Positions 48,501-58,297 are shown, numbered from the stretch's first letter. The stretch is DNA of 64,000 bases from Deferribacterales bacterium (GCA_050251945.1 JBFWLW010000002.1:32001-96000); one strand, 5' to 3'. Translations and numbers: made by a program. The notes: a model not told the origin generated them from the sequence alone.

Positions 48501-51500
48501 ATTCGGTTCCGTTGCTCGCTATTATCTTGATCTCCTGACCGCTGTGGTCTACATTGTAATTGTCAAATATAGACAGAGACGACAGGGTAAAATACTTACC
48601 GGATTGAAGAGCCACATCTATACGTGTCGATGCATATTCAGAATCCGAATCACCATCCATCATATCAAATGAAAGAATATCTCCGCTGAATCCGGTGCCA
48701 ATATCTGTTCCGAAGATAACCGACTCTGCTCCTACAGCAAAATCTCCACCTGTTGAAACTATCTCAATGGTTTCACCGTATTTTGTCTGCGTTGCTGTGG
48801 ATGCAACTGTGGCACCTGTATCATCACTGACTGGAGAGGTATTTGACTCAAAATCAAAGTTTATCGTCCATGGTGACTGCTTTATATCAGTTATGTCCAT
48901 GTTATTATAAAGAATGTAATCTTCGCTTATTAATTCAACCATGGTCACGTCATCGGTTGATATTGTGAACGAAGTAAAATTAAACACTCCGTCCTGTCCT
49001 GTGGTGTCAATAATCTGAGTGGCAGTGGAGCCGTCTCCGTATGTAACTATCACCTCTATCTGTGCACATCTGTTGTCCACATAATATTCAAAACCGTTCA
49101 GGTCAAAACTGTATCCTTCTGCATAAAATTTGACGAATGTGGCACTGTCGTTTAATGGGTCTGCGTCCGACGTAACATCATAATCGTAAATGTACAATCC
49201 AGAAAATGATGTTTCATCTATCAACTCAACATAGGCATTTGCAGGGGCATCAAAATTAAAGGTCACACCACTGATAGACTTTGTAAAACCTTGTGAACTT
49301 GATATTATATCTCCGCTTGTCAAGAGATCATCACGTGCCACGGAAACAGTTGAGGCAAGAGAAAGTGATGAGCTGTTATTTGAACTGCCGTCATCAATAA
49401 TCTGTGTGAGCGTTACAACACGATTTGCCGCCGAAATGTTTTCAGAAGTATTTTTATATGTTATACCGTCTACCAGAGTTCCAAATGATGTATTATCCGC
49501 GCCAAGCCCTGTTATTGTGACCGTTGCGGTGCCTCCGGAAATGCTTACGCTCGCTGTGCCGCCGGAAACTGATACAGAGTTGCCGTTTGTAAGGGCAACG
49601 TCTGTTCCGCCTATGGTAAGGTACTCTGCGCTGTCCGTGACGTTGGTCACGGTTATCGTAAATCCTGTGAATGTCTGACCGCTGTCCTGCGTATCTGCCG
49701 TAACACTGCTGAAAAGATCGACAGCACTGCCGCCCTCGGTGAAAGTGGGGGTTTCGCCTGTCGCTGTCAATGTGGGAGCTGTGTCTGCGGCAGGAGCAGT
49801 AATATCAACAAGAGCGATGTTGTCCACTGCAAGTGCCATATTCAGTCCGCCGGCGTATATATAAAAACTTGAGATTCCCTCGAATCCGGAGAGACCTGAC
49901 AGATCTGCATTATAATATCCGTGATCGCCAGTATAACTTATTGGTACTGTATACTCTGTTCCATTATCTGCAATAATCTTAATAGACTGCCCTGAATGCG
50001 CCGCAGCTGATTCATCGTAAATTGTTATTGACTGTAAAGTAAAAACGTATCCGGATTGCAGCGACACATCCACCCTTGTCGATGCCATTGCACTATCATT
50101 ATCAGAGTCAAAAACATCATAAAACAAAAAATTACCTGAAAGGTTTGCAGAATTATATGATTCATTAACCTGATCCGTGACCTGAAAATCCCCGCCAGTT
50201 GATACAATCTGTATAACTTCACCATCCTTAGTCTGTGTCACTGTTGCAGTCCCGCTGGAAAGGCTATTGTCAGATGGAGGATTAGTGTTTGCCTCAAAAT
50301 CGAATGTAATATCAATCGGTCCGGTCACATTTATTGTTGCGGAGATATTGGGTGCGGCTGTGTTGTTCGAACTGCCGTTGTCTTTAATCTGAGTTATCGT
50401 TACGACACGGTCGCCATATGTTGCCGTCGCGTCAGTGTTTTTGTAGCTCATGCCGTCTATAAGAGACGCCATGGCTGCTTCGGTTGCCGTCAGTCCCGTA
50501 ACAATTATCGTCGCTGTCGAACCTGACATTGAAACGGAAGCAGAGCCGCTTGAAAGTGCCGTAGTGCCGTTTGCAAGCGCTACGTCAACACCGCCAATGG
50601 TAAGGGTTTCAGTTGTGTCGCTGACGTTTGTAACAGTAAGCGTGAAGCCTGTGAAACTCTGTCCGTCGTCAACAGTGTCTGCGGTTACTGCGCTGAAAAG
50701 GTCAACGGCTGATGCCTGCGCCTCGTCATACGTAGGAGTGCCGCCCGTCGCCGTCAGCGTGGGAGCTGTATATGATGGTGCCGCTGTTGTTGAGGCATCC
50801 GAAATCGTCAGATTAACAAGGTTGAACTGAATTTGAGGCGTACCTGTTAACCATGTGTAGTACACGCGGATTTCATCAATGATAACGCCGCTGAATGCAG
50901 AGAAATCAAGATTGTAGTCCGCTTCATATACTGAGACACTACCATGGTGATCTGTATCTGCTACCTGAACCCCATTGGCGTACCCAACCACATGCACATC
51001 TGTGAAATCAGTATTTAAATTATCAAAATCTCCTAACACAGCATCATTCAGTTTGAAACTGCCGGTACCGTTAATACTGATTTTTATATAAGAAGTCCCG
51101 GTGGAAGCAGCATCATTTTCGTTTATATAAGCACCATATTCATCAGCCGAAACAAGGCTGTCCTGTCCGTTTCCGTCGTACGCAGTAATCAGGAAAAAGC
51201 CATCTGCGGTAACAAATGTACCTGCGGTCTGCTCCGTTGCGCCTGCGAACGTATATTCTCCATCGGCAGGTACGGCAAGGACACTATCGTAGCCGCTTGC
51301 AGCAAGTGCGTCCGTCTCGACAGTTCCCTGTGCAAACTCCAACACCCAGTCGCCGCCTTTGTCTGCGGAGCCTGTAATATCATCAGACGCCGCAACATCT
51401 GCGCCAGTCGCCTCAGCAAGAGTTGCTATCAGCGTTTTCCCGCTTTCTCCCGCTGCAACTTCGCACCCGTAAACAAGGATGTCTCCGTCTTCTGAAAGTG

Positions 51501-51774
51501 AAGCGCCTATCTGACCGAGCAAATCCGAATATTCACTAATGTTATCGTTGGTAAGCTGAACAAGCCCGAGATCGATCAGCCCGCTGTCACCGTGGGACAT
51601 GATATGTATGGCACTCAGATCCTGATAACCATCCAATATACCCGCCATCTGCGCCAGCGCATTCGACGAAGCATCAATTATATAAACTGTGGAGGAATCC
51701 CCTATTTCACTCACTAGTGCTTCATAATCTGAGACATTGTTAAGAACAAATGTAATTTGGCTTGATGCTGACAT
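42511..51774 (-). CDS. 3087-aa T1SS-type surface protein/adhesin: DUF4347-like N terminus, repeated Ig-like modules, beta-helix, two RTX clusters, DUF4214-like C terminus
   Basis: AIHIMSHG..DILVYGCEVAAG..TGADVAASDDITG..GGDWVLE; internal repeats; GGAGNDT/GGLGDDT/GGDGDDL nonapeptides; LYEQVLDRQPE..G..YW and LYVALLDRPSDADGKAYW; no Sec signal. Confidence 0.85.
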   Translation of the reverse strand: MSASSQITFVLNNVSDYEALVSEIGDSSTVYIIDASSNALAQMAGILDGYQDLSAIHIMSHGDSGLIDLGLVQLTNDNISEYSDLLGQIGASLSEDGDILVYGCEVAAGESGKTLIATLAEATGADVAASDDITGSADKGGDWVLEFAQGTVETDALAASGYDSVLAVPADGEYTFAGATEQTAGTFVTADGFFLITAYDGNGQDSLVSADEYGAYINENDAASTGTSYIKISINGTGSFKLNDAVLGDFDNLNTDFTDVHVVGYANGVQVADTDHHGSVSVYEADYNLDFSAFSGVIIDEIRVYYTWLTGTPQIQFNLVNLTISDASTTAAPSYTAPTLTATGGTPTYDEAQASAVDLFSAVTADTVDDGQSFTGFTLTVTNVSDTTETLTIGGVDVALANGTTALSSGSASVSMSGSTATIIVTGLTATEAAMASLIDGMSYKNTDATATYGDRVVTITQIKDNGSSNNTAAPNISATINVTGPIDITFDFEANTNPPSDNSLSSGTATVTQTKDGEVIQIVSTGGDFQVTDQVNESYNSANLSGNFLFYDVFDSDNDSAMASTRVDVSLQSGYVFTLQSITIYDESAAAHSGQSIKIIADNGTEYTVPISYTGDHGYYNADLSGLSGFEGISSFYIYAGGLNMALAVDNIALVDITAPAADTAPTLTATGETPTFTEGGSAVDLFSSVTADTQDSGQTFTGFTITVTNVTDSAEYLTIGGTDVALTNGNSVSVSGGTASVSISGGTATVTITGLGADNTSFGTLVDGITYKNTSENISAANRVVTLTQIIDDGSSNNSSSLSLASTVSVARDDLLTSGDIISSSQGFTKSISGVTFNFDAPANAYVELIDETSFSGLYIYDYDVTSDADPLNDSATFVKFYAEGYSFDLNGFEYYVDNRCAQIEVIVTYGDGSTATQIIDTTGQDGVFNFTSFTISTDDVTMVELISEDYILYNNMDITDIKQSPWTINFDFESNTSPVSDDTGATVASTATQTKYGETIEIVSTGGDFAVGAESVIFGTDIGTGFSGDILSFDMMDGDSDSEYASTRIDVALQSGKYFTLSSLSIFDNYNVDHSGQEIKIIASNGTEYTVVIDYAGDDNGGVTIDLSGISGFENITSFYVYAGGMPMQLALDNMYLTNISSSPVITYHVPTLSAVGETVNFSQGTSTGVDLFDTVVASTEDSGQTFTGFTITVTNVSDSSEYLTMGGTDVALTNGNSVSVSGGTANVFVSGSTATITVSGISLANSVFSNLIDEMSYKNTDASVTTGDRVITITQITDDGATNSSATVSGVSATVSVVIQLITSATYDASTGTLVVTGTGMNTGDPIDTSVLTITGEDGNTYTLAGSYTVTASSATSFTVVLDATDKLNVNGILNNNGTASADSTTFNLAAGADWVSGADADSTGNGITVSNITAPAITSTAYDASTGVLTVTATNLVHLSGSANDIDATAFTFTGEGGGTYTLADTSDVEITSATSFTITLSSTDKDSVANLITANGSSSDDSTTYNISAADDWNGTVTGGDISDTTNSVTVTGFTTNDAAVLDLNGADTGTDSSVSLADAGSGLVPDAAISDTENDSGDWDGGSITMQRVDSNGAADGNANDVYTFVSGGNFTVTGTIEQGSDSTGTISSGGTQFATWSYTSADGKLVVSFDSDASTADVNDVLAHIGYENDTPYGDAVIEVAVNDGTATTTAEVTVTSTVIHVTQTDYDTDGDTADGMSLYEALAIAKDGDTILIHDGVYRGQFNITKNVTIDALNGENGNVVIESPDSADLQQVLPDQLTNNGKWRMPVINVDTDTTNGTVVIKNITVDGRDQAVVDEYNGNKDFIGIAIVDSNVQIDNVTVMNIRSDESEDQWGFSENYGILVEAGASLGETVNVSITNSEIYNYQKTGIIAWGPSLNITIDGNEITGMGVAGECGQNGIQIGSGGLRTGTTATITDNTIENLAFDHATYASSGILLVYADDSTITGNTLNGAAGGNFNGIDIMYIYDNGTVVNISDNTVSSAEIGILNESDDAFTLNVGSNDLSGATVAFYDGYDISDPLTETPVENPTTLNVTSVSAPASGALSYYLFGGDDSFTDNGIVDSIVYGGAGNDTISTGSGDDILVGGLGDDTLTGGSGADVYMYQPQELNSGGDLVMYNVDDYGTDTITDLEGNDVVRVSGADFTDDTVEAGDGLNVAANTIEVVADGTDTLLYIDTDGIAGADLTIKLNGEFEASDFVLSGTDITVDLNILPTVTATAVNGAVAYGSTTSSADLFSSVTADAGETDQTFTGLKLTVTNVADTTEYITVGGVDIALTNGTTATVSGGTASVSVVNGTAVVTLTGLSLTGTQLGSLIDGASYKNSDTTPTSGDRTVTLTEVSDSSTGNSTASLNVSTTVTVGDTPAVTSASYNAETGVLTVTGTGLVAGDIIDASKLSVTGEGGNSYTLAGTYTVAATAAGFSLTLTQTDQINVEGLLNVNGTSAAGGDVFDIAAADGWNGTRAAAADLTGNAVTVESLTAPAISSVSYNAETGVITVTGSNFVKQSGSANDIDVSKFTFTGEGGNVTLSATSDVEVSSATSFTITLNSADKALVNAVLDNSGTQSSGGTTYNLSVADDWNGSVTGGNTADTTNAVTVTDVKTVETVDGVDVTTETVSQTQTYTDLEGNTVTRVVTTETLTVDPVEDTRVNDTGAAGTAEIPLFWGESSRTEWATTASLPVGVGITTIGTRSPVDSRTLNDAIGDLIFYIESTASDADAGRTAMLDGGADFLSSLSDSTSTLVVNKIVLSVSGSDVPDSAIVINGTSNTVSTSDGDATPKEAVVIDASALPAGTELDLQNIEFAVIIGSGITVRGGDGANIVYAGDGIQDILLGADDDELHAGAGDDIVGSLAGDDIIYGESGNDRMSGGDGDDLLHGGSGTDTVVYSGSMSDYIITRDNGLTYVSLVSDPSEVDTILNAETIEFADGTYEIQNSDELTFIASLYEQVLDRQPEVNGFQYWADVVVDKDLSVGDMTIWFMKSAEYHDATGVDFAALSVDDQVEQLYVALLDRPSDADGKAYWIDCVESGHSIAEVAESFVTSVEMQGIYNLPNEWDFTV

Positions 51775-52226
51775 ACGTCACCTTTAATTAATAATAATTA
51801 TTTTATACTACACTAAACAGCTAAAAATATCACCCATATGTGCAAGATTTATCATCATTTTAATTTCTTTTTACACAATTCGCATAACCTGAAGCATGGA
51901 AAAAACCAAGTCAAATACTGGAATATATTCAAGATTAAGGATAAAAAAATAACTAATATTTTTGTAGCAATCCGGCTCCTGACATTCCGCTTTACGTAAA
52001 CAAAAAGTTTATGTAAGAGTTTTACCCATCCATACTTCAGCTTTATTATCCTGATAATATCATATTTAAACAATACTAATGTATTTATCTTATCATTCAA
52101 TATCGGCACATTATGTATATTTTGATGCCTGAAATTATGTAAACAATTGTAATAATACATAATTCAACCGAACCAACCAATTCTAGTAGGTAGGTGATTT
52201 ATGAGCTTTTTCTTATTTTCATCCAC

Positions 52227-52255
52227 TTGACAGATCCCAGAAATATATGCAAAAT
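52227..52255 (+). promoter_or_regulatory. sigma70-like promoter of GT4 gene (very short leader)
   Basis: TTGACA-N17-CAAAAT, ATG at 52267, no SD. Confidence 0.5.
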
Positions 52256-52266
52256 ATCATACTTTT

Positions 52267-53391
52267 ATGAAAACATGCATAATCAACGCAATTCCTTTAC
52301 TGTCGCCACTTAGCGGAGTCGGAAGATATACGCTGGAATTATGCAGACGTCTTGATACGGCATTTTTAGAAGCCGATTTTACATATTTTTACGGCTACAA
52401 TTCTAAATCACTTCGTTTTCCTGACACATCAGATAATGTGAAAAATACCAAAATGCTTTCAAATGTACTGATCCGAAAAATCGCCAAAAAGATGCTGACA
52501 ACTGCCGCTTCTTTATCACCCAAACGGTACGATCTCTACTGGGAACCAAACAATCTGATTGAAGATTTTTTTAAGGCACGCGCAAGACTATATACTCTCC
52601 ACGACATTTCAGTTATTAAACATCCGCAATGGCATCCTAAAAAGCGCGTGGAGCTTTTCGCTAACCGCCTTCGGCGCAGTATTGAAAAAGCTGACCTTAT
52701 TATCACTGACTCCCGGTTTTCCAACAATGAGATAACGGAATATTTCAACCTGCCGAAGGAGAGCGTCAGAACGATTTATCTGGGGTATGACACCGATCTT
52801 TTTCACAACATTTGCAATAATGAGGTATCTTCCGCTCTTAAAAATAAGTATACAGGCGGGTGCGAGTTTATCCTTTTTTCTGGCAGCCTTGAACCCAGAA
52901 AAAATCTTTCAGGTCTTCTGAAAGCTTACTCATCGCTCCCCTTGGATATCAAAGAGAATTTCAGGCTGCTTCTTGTGGGGGGCACCGGATGGAGCAATGA
53001 GGAGATATTGCAACTGATTAACAATAACTCGCCTTATGTGGTTCACGGCGGATATGTTGATTATTACGAACTCGCAACCCTTTACAGAGCCGCATCTTTA
53101 CTTGCCTATCCTTCGCACTATGAGGGTTTCGGTCTCCCGCCGCTGGAAGCCATGGCGTGCGGATGTCCGACACTGGTCTCACCACGCGCATCATTGCCCG
53201 AAGTATGCGGAGACGCTTCTTTTTATGTCGATCCTGACAGCGTTGAAAGTATACGGGAAGGGCTTATCAAAATACTTACAGACACATCATTCGCACAACG
53301 GCTCTCACAATCCGGTCTTATACAGTGTAAAAAATTCGACTGGAACACGACAGCAGCAGAACATATGAAGTGTATGAGAGAATTGCTGTAG
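52267..53391 (+). CDS. GT4 family glycosyltransferase (WbpY/MtfB-like)
   Basis: SGVGRY, TLHDIS, GSLEPRKNL, YEGFGLPPLEAMACG. Confidence 0.9.
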   Translation: MKTCIINAIPLLSPLSGVGRYTLELCRRLDTAFLEADFTYFYGYNSKSLRFPDTSDNVKNTKMLSNVLIRKIAKKMLTTAASLSPKRYDLYWEPNNLIEDFFKARARLYTLHDISVIKHPQWHPKKRVELFANRLRRSIEKADLIITDSRFSNNEITEYFNLPKESVRTIYLGYDTDLFHNICNNEVSSALKNKYTGGCEFILFSGSLEPRKNLSGLLKAYSSLPLDIKENFRLLLVGGTGWSNEEILQLINNNSPYVVHGGYVDYYELATLYRAASLLAYPSHYEGFGLPPLEAMACGCPTLVSPRASLPEVCGDASFYVDPDSVESIREGLIKILTDTSFAQRLSQSGLIQCKKFDWNTTAAEHMKCMRELL

Positions 53392-53398
53392 CCTGCAA

Positions 53399-53478
53399 AG
53401 ACTGCTTCACCCCTGCAGGTTCGCAGAGACGGGTAGAAATAAACGTCTTCGCGAGGAGCATAGCGGCGAAGCGATCTC
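53399..53478. repeat. Free-standing REP-like doublet, family 1
   Basis: AGACTGCTTC..TTCGCAGAGAC / GTCTTCGCGAGGAG..GAAGCGATCTC. Confidence 0.7.
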
Positions 53479-53544
53479 ATTCGTTTTGATTTTGATATTT
53501 ATTCATAAAATGCGTAAATGCTCAAAACCATCTTAAATTTTTTG

Positions 53545-53710
53545 TTTAGATGCAAGCAGTACAATGAAGAAGTGATGAGAGGGCTGCGAGCATACATAAG
53601 TATGTAAGCAGTTCCGAAGAGAAACTGACGCAGCAGTGCGCAGTGTACGCATAAATACATGAGCAATATTATTGCGAGAACAACGAAGAAATGCGAAGTG
53701 TTATAAAAGA
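53545..53710. repeat. ERIC-like structured element
   Basis: CTGC-GAGCATAC-ATAA-GTATGTAA-GCAG and GCAGTGTAC..TACATGAGC motifs; single copy here. Confidence 0.35.
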
Positions 53711-53720
53711 CAAAAGAAAT

Positions 53721-53746
53721 AAAAAAAGGGAGCCGAAGCTCCCTTT
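53721..53746 (-). terminator. Intrinsic terminator of alpha operon
   Basis: Minus strand GGGAGC-TTCG-GCTCCC-TTTTTTT. Confidence 0.9.
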
Positions 53747-53750
53747 ATGA

Positions 53751-54104
53751 TTAGTCTACGAATTCAATTATCGCCATTGAGGCATTGTCGCCCTGACGAA
53801 AACCTGTTTTGATTATTCTTGTATAACCGCCGGGACGCTCTTTAAACTTAGGAGCTATCTCGTCGAAGATCTTATGAACAACCTTGATATTGGGGAGCTT
53901 GCTGAGTGCTGTTCTGCGTGCAGCAAGATCGCCTTTTTTGCCAAGTGTCACCAAAGGCTCGATGAACATACGAAGCTGTTTTGCTCTAGCTACGGTTGTT
54001 TCGATACGGCCGTTGTCCACAAGAGAAGTGGCAAGGTTACGCACCATAGCCTTTCTGTGGGCAGGTTTTCTGCCGAGTTTGTTTCCACTTACGCCGTGAC
54101 GCAT
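53751..54104 (-). CDS. rplQ: 50S ribosomal protein L17
   Basis: [17 protein letters not shown]. Confidence 0.97.
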   Translation of the reverse strand: MRHGVSGNKLGRKPAHRKAMVRNLATSLVDNGRIETTVARAKQLRMFIEPLVTLGKKGDLAARRTALSKLPNIKVVHKIFDEIAPKFKERPGGYTRIIKTGFRQGDNASMAIIEFVD

Positions 54105-55109
54105 CTATTCTTCCTCCGAATCTGTACTGTTATAACCGATGGCTTCCAGATCCATGCCGAGGGAAAGACCAAGTTCGCAAAGAACTTTTTTGATCTCTTC
54201 CAGTGACTTGCGTCCGAAGTTCTTAGTCTTCAGCATCTCTGCGTCAGTTTTCATGCAGAGTTCTGCAAGTGTTTTTATGTTGGCATTCTTCAGACAGTTG
54301 TAAGCGCGAACGGAAAGTTCCAGTTCCTCGATGCTTTTGTCGAGCAGGTCGAGCAGATGGTCGTTCTGGCTTGCGTCCTCTGAAACAGAATCGTCAACCA
54401 CGGGTTCATCAAAGTTGATGAAAAGGTTCATCTGATCTTTGATGATCTTTGCCGCAAACCCTATTGCGTCCTCAGGATTGATAGACCCGTCAGTTTCGAT
54501 TTCAAGAGTAAGTTTATCGTAATCCGTACTCTGACCGACACGGGCGTCCTCAACGAAGTAGTTCACTTTTTTGATGGGTGTGAAAACCGCATCAACAGCA
54601 AGCATATCAACTTCATCGTTCTCTTTTTCAATCTCTTCGGCAGGCACATAACCGATACCGCGTTTAACAACGAACTCCATATAAAGCTCTTTGTTAGGGT
54701 CGGTCAATGTGCAGATGTGCTGTCCGGGGTCAAGGATCTCAACCATTGTGTCGCCGGTGATGTCACCTGCGGTAACGGGACCCTCTCCTCTTCTTCTGAT
54801 ATACACACGTCTTGTTTCATGCGTGTGCAGTTTCAGTTCCAGCATTTTGATATTCAGAAGGATATCAACGACATCCTCATAAACACCTTCGAGTGCGGCG
54901 AACTCGTTGCTTACACCGTCAATCTTAACAGCGGTGACTGCCGTACCCTCTATAGATGAGAGCATAACACGTCTCAGGGCGTTGCCTACAGTTGTGCCGA
55001 ATCCCTTTTCATAGGGTTCTGCAATGTATACGCCTTTTCTGTCAGTGACTTCGCCCAGAGCTTCAATCTTTCTGGGCTTTATGATTTCATGAAAATTCAT
55101 GATGATCAT
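54105..55109 (-). CDS. rpoA: RNA polymerase alpha subunit
   Basis: [32 protein letters not shown]. Confidence 0.98.
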   Translation of the reverse strand: MIIMNFHEIIKPRKIEALGEVTDRKGVYIAEPYEKGFGTTVGNALRRVMLSSIEGTAVTAVKIDGVSNEFAALEGVYEDVVDILLNIKMLELKLHTHETRRVYIRRRGEGPVTAGDITGDTMVEILDPGQHICTLTDPNKELYMEFVVKRGIGYVPAEEIEKENDEVDMLAVDAVFTPIKKVNYFVEDARVGQSTDYDKLTLEIETDGSINPEDAIGFAAKIIKDQMNLFINFDEPVVDDSVSEDASQNDHLLDLLDKSIEELELSVRAYNCLKNANIKTLAELCMKTDAEMLKTKNFGRKSLEEIKKVLCELGLSLGMDLEAIGYNSTDSEEE

Positions 55110-55132
55110 TATGCTAACCTCCGTGTAAAACG

Positions 55133-55759
55133 TTACTTGGAGTAAAGTTCCACTATCAGGTGTTCCTGAATTTCATAACCTATGTCGTCTCTAGCGGGCA
55201 TTCTGAGAACAGATGCCTTATAAGCGCCCTTATCGAGTGTGAGCCACTCAGAAACGCCTCTGCCTTCCGCAGTGTCGACACATTCTTTAATCCTTGTGTT
55301 TTCGCGTGATTTTTCGCGCACGGAAACAATGCTTCCTGCTTTAACGAGGAAGCTGGGGATGTTAACGGGTTTGCCGTCCACAAGGAAATGACCGTGACCA
55401 ACCATTTGTCTTGCTTCTTTACGGCTTCCTGCGAATCCTGCTCTGTAAACAATGTTGTCCAGTCTTCTTTCAAGAAGCTGAAGCAGGTTTTCACCGGTGA
55501 TGCCCTGCATCCTGGTAGCTTTATCGAAGTAGCGGCGGAACTGTTTTTCAAGAACGCCGTACAATCTTTTAACCTTTTGTTTCTCACGCATCTGAGTACC
55601 GTAGTCGCTCAGTTTTTTGCGTGCCTGGCCATGCTGACCGGGAGCGTAAGGTTTTTTCTCAAAACCGCATTTGTCTTTGTAGCAACGCTCGCCTTTGAGA
55701 AAGAGCTTCATGCCCTCTCTGCGGCAAAGCTTGCATACTGCACCTGTATACCTAGCCAA
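55133..55759 (-). CDS. rpsD: 30S ribosomal protein S4 (Cys-containing form)
   Basis: [28 protein letters not shown]. Confidence 0.98.
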   Translation of the reverse strand: MARYTGAVCKLCRREGMKLFLKGERCYKDKCGFEKKPYAPGQHGQARKKLSDYGTQMREKQKVKRLYGVLEKQFRRYFDKATRMQGITGENLLQLLERRLDNIVYRAGFAGSRKEARQMVGHGHFLVDGKPVNIPSFLVKAGSIVSVREKSRENTRIKECVDTAEGRGVSEWLTLDKGAYKASVLRMPARDDIGYEIQEHLIVELYSK

Positions 55760-55771
55760 CTTAAGCCTCCG

Positions 55772-56155
55772 TTACACTCTTCTCTTCTTTCTGGGTCTGC
55801 ATCCGTTGTGGGGAACGGGTGTAACGTCCCTGATAACGGTGATTTTCATTCCGGCAGCGGCGATAGCACGGATTGCGCTTTCACGGCCTGCGCCGGGACC
55901 CTTAACGTTAACTTCCACTTCGCGCATACCGTTATCCGCAGCTTTTTTAGCAGCTTGTTCAGCGGCTATCTGTGCTGCGAAAGGGGTGGACTTACGGGAG
56001 TTTTTAAAACCCACGCCGCCGCCCGCTGCCCAGCAAACAGTGTTTCCCTGTGCATCGGTGAATGTTACGATAGTGTTGTTAAAAGTTGACCTGATATGAG
56101 CAACGCCTCTGGGGACGTTTTTTCTCTCTCTTTTTTTAGAGCCTCTTTTAGCCAT
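55772..56155 (-). CDS. rpsK: 30S ribosomal protein S11
   Basis: [20 protein letters not shown]. Confidence 0.98.
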   Translation of the reverse strand: MAKRGSKKRERKNVPRGVAHIRSTFNNTIVTFTDAQGNTVCWAAGGGVGFKNSRKSTPFAAQIAAEQAAKKAADNGMREVEVNVKGPGAGRESAIRAIAAAGMKITVIRDVTPVPHNGCRPRKKRRV

Positions 56156-56168
56156 CTTCGTTCAATCC

Positions 56169-56537
56169 TTACTTTTTCTTAATGCCGCGCTTACCGGCGA
56201 GACCTTTTCTTGTTCTTGCGTTGCTTCTGGTCTTCTGACCTCTGCAAGGCAGGTGCATCTTGTGTCTCTGGCCGCGATAGCAGCTGATTTCCATAAGTCT
56301 CTTAACGTTCAGGGATATCTCTTTACGGAGATCACCTTCAACCTTAAGATTTTCCTCGATGTACTTTCTGATTTCAGAAATATTCTGTTCAGAAAGGTCG
56401 CCTATCCTTTTGGACAGGTCTACGCCGATTACGCCAAGTATCGTTTTAGCAGTTTCACGGCCTACGCCGTAAATTCCTGTAAGGCCAACCTCGACTTTTT
56501 TGTTGTTGGGAATGTCCACACCAGCAATACGTGCCAC
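56169..56537 (-). CDS. rpsM: 30S ribosomal protein S13
   Basis: [23 protein letters not shown]. Confidence 0.98.
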   Translation of the reverse strand: MARIAGVDIPNNKKVEVGLTGIYGVGRETAKTILGVIGVDLSKRIGDLSEQNISEIRKYIEENLKVEGDLRKEISLNVKRLMEISCYRGQRHKMHLPCRGQKTRSNARTRKGLAGKRGIKKK

Positions 56538-56549
56538 AAAAAGCCTCCT

Positions 56550-56663
56550 TTAACCTTGTCTCTGCTTATGTCTGGGGTTTTCACATATTATGCGTATTAC
56601 CCCTTTACGTTTGATAACTTTACACTTAGCGCATATAGGCTTTACACTAGCCCGAACTTTCAT
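56550..56663 (-). CDS. rpmJ: 50S ribosomal protein L36 (below ORF-track cutoff)
   Basis: Hand translation [37 protein letters not shown]. Confidence 0.97.
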   Translation of the reverse strand: MKVRASVKPICAKCKVIKRKGVIRIICENPRHKQRQG

Positions 56664-56674
56664 TTTTCACCCCG

Positions 56675-56899
56675 TCATTTCTTATGTCGGTAAGTAATTC
56701 GTCCTCTGGACAGGTCATAAGGGGAAAGTTCCACAGTGACCTTGTCTCCAGGGAGAATTCTGATAAAGTGCATTCTCATTTTGCCTGAGAGATGCGACAG
56801 GATTACGTGCTTGTTTTCCAGCTCAACCTTGAACATAGCGTTCGGGAGAGCTTCAAGCACTGTCCCGCTGGCTTCGATAACGTCTTCTTTTTTTCCCAT
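56675..56899 (-). CDS. infA: Translation initiation factor IF-1
   Basis: [29 protein letters not shown]. Confidence 0.98.
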   Translation of the reverse strand: MGKKEDVIEASGTVLEALPNAMFKVELENKHVILSHLSGKMRMHFIRILPGDKVTVELSPYDLSRGRITYRHKK

Positions 56900-56906
56900 A
56901 TGCCTT

Positions 56907-57650
56907 TTACATGGTTAGTATTTCCGGTCCGCTCGGGGTAATGGCCACAGTGTTTTCATAATGTGCCGCTAAACTGCCGTCTTCTGTAACAGCGGTCCAG
57001 CCGTCTTTGAGGGTTCTAACACTGTAATGTCCTGCAGTAACCATAGGTTCTACAGCGAGGACCATTCCTGCACGCAGCCGCAACCCGCGATTTGGTCGCC
57101 CATAGTTGGGGATCGCCGGTTCTTCGTGCATTTCTCTGCCGATTCCGTGACCGAAAAAATCTCTGACTACTCCGTAACCGTGAGACTCGCAATGTACCTG
57201 CACAGCGTGCGAGATATCGGTAAGTCTTCCGCCGTCTACGGCTTTTTCTATACCTTTAAAGAATGACTCTTTCGTCACTCTTATAAGATCTTCCGCTTCT
57301 TTGGAAATTTTGCCCACCGCGTATGTGCGGGCAGCGTCTCCGTGAAAACCGTTTTTGTATGCTCCAACATCAACACTGATGATGTCGCCCTCGACTATTT
57401 TTCTGTCAGAGGGAATTCCGTGAACCACAACTTCGTTTATTGATGCACAGACAGCACTTGGGTATCCTCTGTATCCCTTAAAAGAGGGCAGAGCATCCCG
57501 AGAGGATATAATATTCTCTGCGAATTTGTCAATATCTAATGTTGAAAGTCCCGGTTTTATGAACTCTTCCAGTTTTTCCAGCACCTCTTTTACGATGGAA
57601 CCGGCAATTCTCATCAGGTCGAGTTCGGCTTTTGACTTAATTACAACCAT
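56907..57650 (-). CDS. map: Methionine aminopeptidase type I
   Basis: [34 protein letters not shown]. Confidence 0.97.
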   Translation of the reverse strand: MVVIKSKAELDLMRIAGSIVKEVLEKLEEFIKPGLSTLDIDKFAENIISSRDALPSFKGYRGYPSAVCASINEVVVHGIPSDRKIVEGDIISVDVGAYKNGFHGDAARTYAVGKISKEAEDLIRVTKESFFKGIEKAVDGGRLTDISHAVQVHCESHGYGVVRDFFGHGIGREMHEEPAIPNYGRPNRGLRLRAGMVLAVEPMVTAGHYSVRTLKDGWTAVTEDGSLAAHYENTVAITPSGPEILTM

Positions 57651-58297
57651 TATCCCAGTATCTTCTTAATAGCCGCAAAAACGTTGTCGGTTGTATCGTC
57701 ACCGCTGAGTTCAAAGAACTTTCCGCTTTTGCCGTAATAGTCTTTCAGCAAAGCGGTGGTTCCGTGGTATACCGCCAGTCTTTTGCGGATTGTTTCCTCT
57801 CTGTCGTCGTCTCTGTGAACAAGAGTTTCGCTGTCGTTGTCACATTGACCGCCGTGTTTGGGAGGATTGAATTTTATATGGTAAGTGGCGCCGCATTTCG
57901 GGCAGACTCTTCTGCCTGTGTTGCGTGTCACAACCACTTCATCATCAACTTCAAGACTGATGATGTGAGTTATCGACGTTTTAAGATCGTTAACAAGCAT
58001 GGCGTCCAGAGCTTCCGCCTGCGCAGTTGTTCTGGGAAAGCCGTCGAGGATAAAACCGTTCTGACAGTCATCCGCCTGAAAACGCTCTTTCATCATATTG
58101 ATTATAAGGCTGTCGGGAACAAGCTGTCCGCCGTCCATATACACCTTTGCTTCTTTGCCAAGAGCAGTACCCGCCTTAACAGCGGCTCTCAGCAGGTCGC
58201 CGGTGGATATCTGCACAACCTTGTAATCTTCTATGATCTTTGCCGACTGTGTGCCTTTACCCGCTCCGGGAGGGCCCAGAAAGATAAGATTGATCAT
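57650..58297 (-). CDS. adk: Adenylate kinase
   Basis: GPPGAGKGTQ, STGDLLR, LDGFPRT. Confidence 0.97.
   Translation of the reverse strand: MINLIFLGPPGAGKGTQSAKIIEDYKVVQISTGDLLRAAVKAGTALGKEAKVYMDGGQLVPDSLIINMMKERFQADDCQNGFILDGFPRTTAQAEALDAMLVNDLKTSITHIISLEVDDEVVVTRNTGRRVCPKCGATYHIKFNPPKHGGQCDNDSETLVHRDDDREETIRKRLAVYHGTTALLKDYYGKSGKFFELSGDDTTDNVFAAIKKILG

Noticed and set aside
51855..52160. 101-aa ORF upstream of the giant gene
   Set aside because: Very AT-rich promoter region; no SD or family features; no ops (GGCGGTAG) element or riboswitch recognised either
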